Assembly: GCA_024278215.1 (NCBI GenBank)
Contig: JAJRTR010000055.1
Coordinates: 1 to 33,076, forward strand
Reading direction: 5' to 3'
Origin: a bacterium
Lineage (GTDB): Bacteria; UBP15; UBA6099; JAJRTR01
DNA: 33,076 nucleotides
The translations under genes and the position numbers were made by a program. Position 1 is the first letter of the stretch. Every line of letters begins with the position of its first letter. The notes below the pieces were generated by a model. That model was not told where the DNA came from. It saw only the letters and a list, made by a program, of their open reading frames with translations, and did not search any database. Below, in pieces: positions 16,442-24,770 of this stretch.

Positions 16442-17854
16442 ATGACAAATAAGATAAGTAAATATAAAAAGACGGATAAAAGCGACGTCGAATATTTCAA
16501 AGGAATAGTCGGAGATAATTATGTAATTACAGGCGGTGATGAACTTGAGCCTTATACACATGACGAAACAGAGGACTTTGTTTTTACGCCGGAGATTGTG
16601 CTTAGGCCTGGGAGTACCGGGCAGATTTCCGAAATCATGAAGTATAGCAATGACAATAACATAGCGGTTACGCCACGGGGCGGCGGTACAGGTTTGAGCG
16701 GGGGCGCGCTGTGCGTGACAGGCGGCGTGTGTCTTGCAACAAACCGCATGAATCGCATCATGGAGATAGACACGGACAATCTCACTGCAACCGTGCAGCC
16801 GGGCGTGATAGTGGAGGAACTGCACAACGCTGTCGAGGAGAAGGAACTGATGTATCCGCCTGACCCGGCAAGCAGGGGCAGTTGCACGATAGGCGGAAAT
16901 CTCGCCGAGTGCGCGGGTGGCCCAAGGGCGCTCAAATACGGTGTAACGCGCGACTATGTGCTCGGGTTAACTGCAGTGCTTCCTGACGGAAGGATTATAC
17001 GCACCGGCGGCAAGCTTTTGAAAAACTCGACAGGTTATAATCTCACCCAGTTGCTTATCGGCTCTGAAGGTACGCTCGCCGTAATCACTGAGATAATTGT
17101 AAAACTTATACCTCTGCCCGGCTGTCATCGTACTTTGCTTGTTCCGTTTCCATCTGTTGAAGCCGCAGCTCGCGGACTGAATGCGATCTTTCTTAAAAAA
17201 ATAATCCCGTGCGCCGCGGAGTTTATGGAGCAATCGGCGATTCAAGCAGCGGAAGAGATGCTCGGCAGGTCGTTTCCTTACAGCGACTCGGCGGCGATGC
17301 TGCTTATCGAGATCGACGGTAATCACCGGGACCACCTTGATCTCGAATGTGAAATAATATGTGAAGCAGTTCTGGAAATGGGCGCCCTGGACGTACTACT
17401 CGCCGAATCGTCGGCACGTCAGAAGGAACTCTGGGACATGCGCCGTTCGATAGGCGAAGCGGTGAAAAACATATCTGCATATAAGGAAGAAGATACAGTT
17501 GTCCCCCGTGCGCAATTACCTGAATTGATGAATGCACTCAAAGTAATTTCAAAGACGCATGGTTTCACAACAATTTGCTACGGACACGCGGGAGACGGTA
17601 ATATTCATGCGAATATTATTCGTGGAGACATGGACGAACATACATGGCGAGAGCAGTTGCCCGACACGATAGCGGAAGTGCACCGCGCTGTTGTCGGGCT
17701 CGGCGGCATGATATCCGGCGAGCACGGCATCGGCTACACGCAAAAAAAATATATGCCAATAGCGATAGGCGAGACAGAAATAGAATTGATGAGAGCGATA
17801 AAAGAGGTGTTCGATCCGAAAGGGATATTAAACCCGGACAAAATACTTCCGTGA
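16442..17854 (+). CDS. glcD: FAD-linked 2-hydroxyacid oxidase/dehydrogenase, GlcD-like
   Basis: PRGGGTGLSGG, YPPDPAS, GSEGTL, GHAGDGNIH, SGEHGIG, FDPKGILNPDK; ATG 16442 with GGAG RBS. Confidence 0.85.
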   Translation: MTNKISKYKKTDKSDVEYFKGIVGDNYVITGGDELEPYTHDETEDFVFTPEIVLRPGSTGQISEIMKYSNDNNIAVTPRGGGTGLSGGALCVTGGVCLATNRMNRIMEIDTDNLTATVQPGVIVEELHNAVEEKELMYPPDPASRGSCTIGGNLAECAGGPRALKYGVTRDYVLGLTAVLPDGRIIRTGGKLLKNSTGYNLTQLLIGSEGTLAVITEIIVKLIPLPGCHRTLLVPFPSVEAAARGLNAIFLKKIIPCAAEFMEQSAIQAAEEMLGRSFPYSDSAAMLLIEIDGNHRDHLDLECEIICEAVLEMGALDVLLAESSARQKELWDMRRSIGEAVKNISAYKEEDTVVPRAQLPELMNALKVISKTHGFTTICYGHAGDGNIHANIIRGDMDEHTWREQLPDTIAEVHRAVVGLGGMISGEHGIGYTQKKYMPIAIGETEIELMRAIKEVFDPKGILNPDKILP

Positions 17855-17901
17855 AAGTATAACTGCGTCAGCCCGGTGCTTTCCGGATTGAGGAGGAAAT
17901 T

Positions 17902-18441
17902 ATGTATAACAGGATATGGGCGCCGTGGCGCATCGAGTATATTCTGGGGGTTAAACCCGAGGATAGAGCGAAGGGTGAAACTGAAAACGAATGCGTGTTG
18001 TGCCAGGCGCATCTTGCCGGAGACGATCTCGAAAAACTCATTCTATATCGTGGCGAATTATGTTTTATTATGATGAATCTCTATCCTTACAACAGCGGGC
18101 ACATAATGATCCTGCCGTATCGCCATGCCGGATCGCTGGATGAGCTTACAGATGAAGAGTCAATTGAAATGATGATTCTGGCCAAAAGGATGCTCCCGAT
18201 TTTCTGGGAAGTGATGAGGCCGGAAGGGTTCAACCTTGGAATCAATCTGGGCCGTTGCGCCGGTGCAGGTATCATCGAGCATGTACATACACACATCGTT
18301 CCGCGCTGGAGCGGTGACGCCAACTTCATGCCTGTGCTCGGAGAAACAAAGGTTATCAGCGAACATATAACCGAGACATTTATGAAACTGAGGGAGGCGG
18401 CACAGGCCCGGTTGATGCCGACTGAAAAGAAGGCGGACTGA
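17902..18441 (+). CDS. HIT-family hydrolase (Ap4A phosphorylase/hydrolase-like)
   Basis: WAPWR, CxxC, NLYPYNSGH, GAG and HVHTH HIT motif, PRWSGD; GAGGAGG RBS. Confidence 0.9.
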   Translation: MYNRIWAPWRIEYILGVKPEDRAKGETENECVLCQAHLAGDDLEKLILYRGELCFIMMNLYPYNSGHIMILPYRHAGSLDELTDEESIEMMILAKRMLPIFWEVMRPEGFNLGINLGRCAGAGIIEHVHTHIVPRWSGDANFMPVLGETKVISEHITETFMKLREAAQARLMPTEKKAD

Positions 18442-18504
18442 AAACAAGGTTTCGTCATTTTACGTGGAGATAAGATGTGGAAGGAATAACTTTCAATTCA
18501 TTCA

Positions 18505-19968
18505 TTATTTTTCAGGGCGCAGCAGCGGGAAAAAGATAACGTCGCGGATAGTGGGCGAGTCGGTGAGAAGCATGACAAGCCTGTCGATGCCGATGCCGAG
18601 TCCACCGGTTGGCGGCAGGCCATATTGCAGCGCCCGAATAAAATCGTGATCTATCTCGTGTGCTTCCTCGTCGCCTGCGTCGCGCAGTTCCTGCTGGTGT
18701 TCGAAACGGCGCATCTGTTCTGTGGGATCGGTCAATTCCGTGAAAGCATTTGCAACCTCGAAGGCCGAAACAAACAATTCAAAGCGTTCTGTAAGTTCGG
18801 GGGCGTCGTCGTGCTGTCGTGCAAGGGGTGATATTTCCGTCGGGTAATCGTATACGAATGTCGGCTGCACAAGTTTTTCCTCGACAGTGAGTCCGAAAAG
18901 TTTATCTATAATCTGGCCCATGTTTAAAGAAGTATCCATCGAGATGTTTTTTTCTTCGCAGATACCGAGCAACTCGTCTTTCGTCACAGAAACAGATATG
19001 TCCACTCCACCGATTTCCCTGAACGCGTCGAACCATTTTATACGTGTCCACGGCGGCGTGAAGTCGAGTTCCTGATCCTGATAAGTAATTTTCAAAGTGC
19101 CGTGAACAGCCTGCACAGTGTCGGCAACCAAAGCCTCTGTTATGTCCATCATATCGTTGTAATCGGCGTAAGCCTGGTAGAGTTCGAGCATAGTGAACTC
19201 GGGGTTGTGTTTTGTCGAGACGCCTTCGTTTCTGAAATTGCGGTTGATCTCGAAGATTCGTTCGAAGCCGCCGACTGCGAGTCGTTTGAGATAAAGCTCG
19301 GGCGCCACACGCATGTAGAGGTCCATATCCAGCGCGTTGTGGTGCGTGGTGAAAGGCCGCGCCGCCGCGCCGCCTGGTTTCGACTGCATCATAGGTGTTT
19401 CCACTTCGAGAAAGTCCCTGTCCGCGAGAAAGTTCCTTATGTGGCGGATGATCTTCATGCGTGTTTCGAAAAGTTTTTTCACCTCACGGTTCGCAATAAG
19501 ATCGACGTATCGCTGCCTGTATCGAATCTCAACATCGCGCAGGCCGTGGAACTTCTCGGGTAGTTCGCGAAGGCTCTTTGTGAGCAGTGAAAAATCTTCC
19601 ACAAAAATCGTGATTTCGCCGGTTCGTGTTTTGAACACCTGGCCCTTAACGCCGATGATGTCGCCGATATCGAGCAGTTTGAAGATGTCGTATTTGCCTT
19701 CGGGCAACTTATTTTTCTTGAAATAGACCTGCACTCTGCCGCTGCCGTCCACCATATCCGCGAAGCTTGCCTTACCCATGTTCCGTATAGTAATCAGCCT
19801 GCCTGCCGCCGATACCGATTCTTCGTTTTTCGCTAATTTTTCCCAGTTTTCGACAATATCGCTGCATTCATGTGTCCTGTCGTAAATGCGGGCATACGGC
19901 TGCGCGCCGAGCTCTTTAAGTCGCTCTATTTTTTCATATCTCTGGGTTTTCAGATCATCTGTTTCCAT
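18505..19968 (-). CDS. lysS: Lysine--tRNA ligase (class II)
   Basis: YRQRYVDL, GGAAARPFTTHHN, RNFRNEG, HNPEFTMLE, GLPPTGGLGIGIDRL. Confidence 0.98.
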   Translation of the reverse strand: METDDLKTQRYEKIERLKELGAQPYARIYDRTHECSDIVENWEKLAKNEESVSAAGRLITIRNMGKASFADMVDGSGRVQVYFKKNKLPEGKYDIFKLLDIGDIIGVKGQVFKTRTGEITIFVEDFSLLTKSLRELPEKFHGLRDVEIRYRQRYVDLIANREVKKLFETRMKIIRHIRNFLADRDFLEVETPMMQSKPGGAAARPFTTHHNALDMDLYMRVAPELYLKRLAVGGFERIFEINRNFRNEGVSTKHNPEFTMLELYQAYADYNDMMDITEALVADTVQAVHGTLKITYQDQELDFTPPWTRIKWFDAFREIGGVDISVSVTKDELLGICEEKNISMDTSLNMGQIIDKLFGLTVEEKLVQPTFVYDYPTEISPLARQHDDAPELTERFELFVSAFEVANAFTELTDPTEQMRRFEHQQELRDAGDEEAHEIDHDFIRALQYGLPPTGGLGIGIDRLVMLLTDSPTIRDVIFFPLLRPEK

Positions 19969-20015
19969 GACGAAACAACGCTTCTTCCATAAGTTTTGGT
20001 ACTCTGTGCAATCGG

Positions 20016-20501
20016 TTATTTCTTGATATCCAGGATGAGATACTTGAGTTTACCGGTTGGAGTTTCAGCCGTTACGACCTCTCCCTTTTTTGACCTCATA
20101 AGCACGCGCCCGACCGGGCAGACGTCCGAAATGATACCCTGTGCGGGATCTGCTTCCATCGACTGAAGTATAGTGTAGGTCTCTTCCTCTTTGGTCTTAA
20201 GATTCCTGACCTGCACACGAGAGCCGATGCCGACCCTATCCGTCGGTATCTGACTCGGGGTGAGGATTTTCGCCTTGGAAAGCAGGTTGGCAAGATTGAC
20301 GATCCTGCTCTCGAGCATTGCCTGGTCTTTCTTGATCTCTTCAAACTCGGGGTCTTCCGAGACCTCGCCGCCCTTGGCGACATTCTGCATTCTCTCACGT
20401 ATTTCCGCTCTTTTGACCGTTTTCAGGCGTTCGAGTTCTTCTTCAACTTTTTTCTTGCCGTCCGGCGTCATAATCAACGCATCTTCTATCATATCAGGCA
20501 T
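20016..20501 (-). CDS. greA: Transcription elongation factor GreA
   Basis: MTPDG...EELERLK..KR N-terminal coiled coil, GEVSEDPEF tip, VGIGS, EADP..GIIS..PVGR; directly upstream of lysS. Confidence 0.9.
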   Translation of the reverse strand: MPDMIEDALIMTPDGKKKVEEELERLKTVKRAEIRERMQNVAKGGEVSEDPEFEEIKKDQAMLESRIVNLANLLSKAKILTPSQIPTDRVGIGSRVQVRNLKTKEEETYTILQSMEADPAQGIISDVCPVGRVLMRSKKGEVVTAETPTGKLKYLILDIKK

Positions 20502-20542
20502 AGCTACCCCCTGTAGACTGTATATAAATTGTCAGAATGAAT

Positions 20543-20571
20543 ATTGTAGTCGCGGACTTTGCTATTGTCAA
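20543..20571 (-). promoter_or_regulatory. Sigma70-type promoter for greA-lysS
   Basis: Minus strand: TTGACA, 17-bp spacer, TACAAT. Confidence 0.7.
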
Positions 20572-20732
20572 CGAACAGGGCACGGCTTGCAGCATTTCTG
20601 AAACTTTACGCGAGACGGCAGTAATTATACACCGTCTCCGTCCACTGTTCTTGCTTCTTCCGGAGGCACCCATTTCGCAGAAACTACTTTACACAACTCA
20701 ATGCCGCCGCCCGGATATAAAACCTGCGCGTT

Positions 20733-22307
20733 TTATTTCGGCGGGTAACCTGTAATATCTCTTATATCATTATAAATACCGTGAAGCGCCGGATACATTT
20801 TCTGATAAACTTTTTCAAATAACTGCTCATAAATCCTGACATTATCGGGAATAGGATCGAACACATCGCCCGTCCCTGTCATTTGCGCGATCGCTGTTTC
20901 GAAATCGGGATGCAGGCCAAGCCCGACAGATGCGACTATGGCCGCGCCAAGCGCTGAAGTCTCATAAGTGCGGGGCCTTTCGGCCCGCATACCGAACACA
21001 TCCGCCGTTATCTGCATCGCTTCGTTGCTCTGTGACCCGCCGCCGGAAACGCGCAGTGTTTTGACTTTTGTACCGCTTCTTTTTTCTGTCTTTGCAAGGC
21101 CTTCTTTCAGAGAATATGCGAGACCTTCGAGTATCGCCCTGTATAGATGCGCGCGCTTATGCACATCGCCGAATCCGATAATCGCACCCTTTGCCTCCGG
21201 CCCCGGCGACTTCAGTCCGCCTGTCCAGAACGGCTGTAGCACAAGTCCCATCGAGCCCGGCGGGATGTCTTTAATAAGGTCGTCGAACAAAGCTTCCGCA
21301 GCCACGTTCTTCTCGTCCGCGGCGAGTGTCTCCTGCAAGCCGAACTCTTCCTTGAACCAGCTTATCATCCAGAAACCACGGAATATCTGCACCTCCGTGT
21401 TGTAATATCCCGGAATCGCGCTCGGATATGGAGGAAAGTTCGGCACGATTTCCACATATTTTTTTGTGGTTGTACAGACGGTCGCGGTAGTGCCGAAACT
21501 GAGACATGCCGTCTCGGGTGATATGCAGCCCGAGGCCAGCACTTCACATGCTTTGTCGGCGGCAGCCGCGACTACCGGCAGCCCCTCCGGTATTCCCGTT
21601 TCACCTGCCGCCTTCGCCGTTATGTTGCCGATGATAGTAACAGGTTCGACGAGTGCGGGCAATTTGTTTTTTTCTATGGGGAATAATTTCCACTTGAAAT
21701 CCGTATCCTTCGCCCACTGCTGCCGCTTGTAATCGAAAGGGACGTAGCCTATCGAGTTGCCGATTGATTCGACATATTTTCCTGTCAGCCTGTGATGGAA
21801 GAAACCCGACAGGAAAACATACTTGTGTGTCTTTTCCCATATTTCCGGCTGGTTCTGCCGTATCCAGTTCGATTCACATTCCTTGACGGCAAACTCGACG
21901 GTGTCCCACATCCCTATAGCTTTCAGGATGTAACTAAGTGCGGCGGGGGGCCAGTCGCCGAGTTGCGCTTTGCGCTGGTCGAGCCATGTTATGGCAGGGC
22001 GCAGAGGATTGCCCTCCCGGTCCAGATTGATGACGGTGGCGCGCTGTGTCGTTACGGCAACACCTTTAATTGCGTTACAGGGAATGGATGTTTTCTCGAA
22101 CATCACGCGGCACGTCTCGCACAGTACGCGCCAGTAGTACTCGGGGTCCTGCTCGGCCCAGCCGGGATGTTTTGAGAAATAGGGTTCTATCGGCGTTTTC
22201 ACCCTGTCGTGCAGTTCGCCGCGAGTGTCCACCAGTACAGACCTGATCGACTGTGTTCCCGCATCTATCGCAAGAACATATTTCATTTCGTTCCCGTCGG
22301 TACCCAT
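20733..22307 (-). CDS. FGGY-family carbohydrate kinase
   Basis: IDAGTQS, EQDP, TTQRAT, WLDQR, SFGTTA, RAILEG, SGGGSQS, ETSALGAA. Confidence 0.9.
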   Translation of the reverse strand: MGTDGNEMKYVLAIDAGTQSIRSVLVDTRGELHDRVKTPIEPYFSKHPGWAEQDPEYYWRVLCETCRVMFEKTSIPCNAIKGVAVTTQRATVINLDREGNPLRPAITWLDQRKAQLGDWPPAALSYILKAIGMWDTVEFAVKECESNWIRQNQPEIWEKTHKYVFLSGFFHHRLTGKYVESIGNSIGYVPFDYKRQQWAKDTDFKWKLFPIEKNKLPALVEPVTIIGNITAKAAGETGIPEGLPVVAAAADKACEVLASGCISPETACLSFGTTATVCTTTKKYVEIVPNFPPYPSAIPGYYNTEVQIFRGFWMISWFKEEFGLQETLAADEKNVAAEALFDDLIKDIPPGSMGLVLQPFWTGGLKSPGPEAKGAIIGFGDVHKRAHLYRAILEGLAYSLKEGLAKTEKRSGTKVKTLRVSGGGSQSNEAMQITADVFGMRAERPRTYETSALGAAIVASVGLGLHPDFETAIAQMTGTGDVFDPIPDNVRIYEQLFEKVYQKMYPALHGIYNDIRDITGYPPK

Positions 22308-22494
22308 TTATGTTATTCCTGATTTTCTTCGCTGCTGTCGTTTACGACATTATTGTTCGAGAGCGAATATATTTCAACAAGCGGCTCGATCAATGCGCAA
22401 ATACATAACATTATATTTTCGATTACCTATCCTTCGTAGATGATGTAAAATAGAGATGCTTATTACTTGCTGTGAACAACAAAGGACTTTGTGA

Positions 22495-23502
22495 ATGAAA
22501 AAAACATTATTAGTGATTATTACAATAGCAATTGTTTCAATATTTTCAGGCCGCGTTTATGCTGCAATGTTTTCCCTGTTGCCTGAAGCAATCACATTAA
22601 GCGAGCTCAAACCCGGCGACACATACAGTCTGGGTGGAGACGGCGGGATAACGTGGAAACTAAGCTATCATGGCCGCGACGATGTCAGAGTTGTATTCAA
22701 ATCCATCAAACCCGATCAGCCTCTCGAAGGTTATGCGCCCGTTCTGGATGCGGGATGGCTTAGACCGGAACATGCCGCATACGAAAATGTAAAGCCCGGC
22801 AGTACTATCGAAACATCAGTTGTTCTTGATCTTCCGGATGATAAAATACTCGCGGGTAAAAACTTCGTAGTCATTCTCGAAGCACGCGCGTATGACATTT
22901 CTACCGGCAAACCGACGAAGCTCGCCGACCGTTCAAAGATATTCATCAAATTCGCAGGCAGAAAGAAAGAAGACGTCGAGGATATATTACTGAATACCGA
23001 CAAAAAAAGTATAATAGAGCCTCCTGTTTCTACATCGGAACATGTCGACACAATTGCGATTGGAGACGCATCAGTTGCCGATGAGCAAATAACGCAGGCG
23101 ATTGAGAAAACAGTCGAAAGAAATTATATCAGGCTGCATCCTTACATAATCGACGCCGGAACAATCGTACCGGGAACGATTACAGAGTCTCGCAAGCCGC
23201 TTGAAATAATCAACATAGGAGAAAGCGACACTATCGTTCGCATCAAGCAGATTTCGCTCGACAAGTCGGGACTTAAAGAAAACGCTACTGGATACAAGTC
23301 GTTGCCTGATGGTGTCTTTCTTGTTTTCACCGAAAGGGAAATTGAAGTAAAAGCCGGCTGGTCGGTTGAAGTCTCGTTCTACATCGGTATCCCTGTTGTC
23401 GACGAGATTGTTTCGGGTTCGTATGCAATCGTCGTCGAGGTTTCAGATATTGCGAATCCTGAAGATAAAGCGGAATCCATTGTGAAGTTTTTGTTGAAGT
23501 AA
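22495..23502 (+). CDS. Secreted hypothetical protein with two related beta-sandwich-like domains
   Basis: Signal peptide (…VYA); two segments with a similar pattern (L.P..I....PG…GY......W/FL…V..G...E....L/I.L/IP…G..F/Y.....E). Confidence 0.6.
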   Translation: MKKTLLVIITIAIVSIFSGRVYAAMFSLLPEAITLSELKPGDTYSLGGDGGITWKLSYHGRDDVRVVFKSIKPDQPLEGYAPVLDAGWLRPEHAAYENVKPGSTIETSVVLDLPDDKILAGKNFVVILEARAYDISTGKPTKLADRSKIFIKFAGRKKEDVEDILLNTDKKSIIEPPVSTSEHVDTIAIGDASVADEQITQAIEKTVERNYIRLHPYIIDAGTIVPGTITESRKPLEIINIGESDTIVRIKQISLDKSGLKENATGYKSLPDGVFLVFTEREIEVKAGWSVEVSFYIGIPVVDEIVSGSYAIVVEVSDIANPEDKAESIVKFLLK

Positions 23503-23614
23503 GTTGCGCTGCGGCATCATATTTCAACATCATAAAGTATCAAAATGTTTCAAATTCCTTTTATTAACATATTATGTGTTTTATCATATCATCGAAATGA
23601 AGACTGGAAGATTT

Positions 23615-24769
23615 ATGGAAACAGCACATGAGATATTTTTCAAGGACTCTGCGTTGATGGATGCTGTCGCAGACGGCAGCGTACAACTTGTTGTGACATC
23701 GCCGCCCTATCCGATGATCGAAATGTGGGACGAGATATTTTCAGCGCAGAATCCCGGGATCGAAAAAGCGCTGAAAAGCAATGACGGAGAGGGCGCGTTC
23801 GAGATGATGCACAATATGCTGGATGCCGTGTGGCGCGAGTGTTTCCGTGTACTCTGCGACGGCGGCATTGCGTGTATAAACATCGGCGACGCCGTAAGAA
23901 CGATAAATAAGGTATTTAAACTTTATAATTCACATTCGCGTATTTTGCGGGGGTGTCTTGGAATCGGGTTTCAGTCGCTTCCTTCAATTATCTGGCGAAA
24001 ACAAACAAACGCGCCGAATAAATTCATGGGTTCGGGGATGATGCCACCGGGCGCCTATGTAACACTTGAACACGAGTTTGTCCTGATACTGCGAAAAGGC
24101 GGCAAAAGGGAATTCAGGACAAAGGAAAAAACTAACAGGCGTGAGTCTGCTTTTTTCTGGGAGGAGCGCAACAACTGGTTTTCAGATGTATGGTTCGACC
24201 TGAAAGGCGCTTCTCAAAGGCTGCTCGACAAAAACACACGAGCGCGCAGCGCCGCGTTTCCTTTCGAACTACCCTACAGGCTTGTCAACATGTTTTCCGT
24301 CAAGGGTGACACCGTTCTGGACCCATTTCTCGGCACAGGCATGACAGTCGCCGCCGCGATGGCATCGGAAAGAAACAGCGTCGGATTCGAGATCGATGTC
24401 GAAATCGGCACTACAATCGACTCGGTCATTCAACAGACAAAGGAACTTGCGAATAACCGTATACGCAACCGGCTCGAAGCGCATGTAGAATTTGTGAAAG
24501 CTCGAATTGAGAAGGGTAAAAGCGTGTCGAAGCGTAACGAATACTACGGTTTCCCGGTGGTGAGTGGCCAGGAAAAAGATATTATCCTCAGGGATATTGA
24601 AGATATACGAAAAACGCGGGAGAGCGATAAACCTGCTAATCAAAAAGGCGGTGCGGCGCAGAGTAATGAATTGCAATTTGCTTTCGACCCTGAACCCGAC
24701 GTGCAGGTTCCGGTCGGATCTACTGATAAATACCGCGTTTCCTATGATTCTCGCAAACAGATAATATAA
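23615..24769 (+). CDS. Site-specific DNA methyltransferase, beta class, SPPY (likely N4-cytosine); start 23615 or 23597
   Basis: TSPPYPMIEMWD catalytic motif IV precedes the DPFLGTG SAM-binding motif I. Confidence 0.9.
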   Translation: METAHEIFFKDSALMDAVADGSVQLVVTSPPYPMIEMWDEIFSAQNPGIEKALKSNDGEGAFEMMHNMLDAVWRECFRVLCDGGIACINIGDAVRTINKVFKLYNSHSRILRGCLGIGFQSLPSIIWRKQTNAPNKFMGSGMMPPGAYVTLEHEFVLILRKGGKREFRTKEKTNRRESAFFWEERNNWFSDVWFDLKGASQRLLDKNTRARSAAFPFELPYRLVNMFSVKGDTVLDPFLGTGMTVAAAMASERNSVGFEIDVEIGTTIDSVIQQTKELANNRIRNRLEAHVEFVKARIEKGKSVSKRNEYYGFPVVSGQEKDIILRDIEDIRKTRESDKPANQKGGAAQSNELQFAFDPEPDVQVPVGSTDKYRVSYDSRKQII

Positions 24770-24770
24770 A

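Noticed and set aside
22495-23502. Possible cognate restriction endonuclease upstream of the methyltransferase
   Set aside because: It has a signal peptide and no recognisable PD-(D/E)xK or HNH motif.
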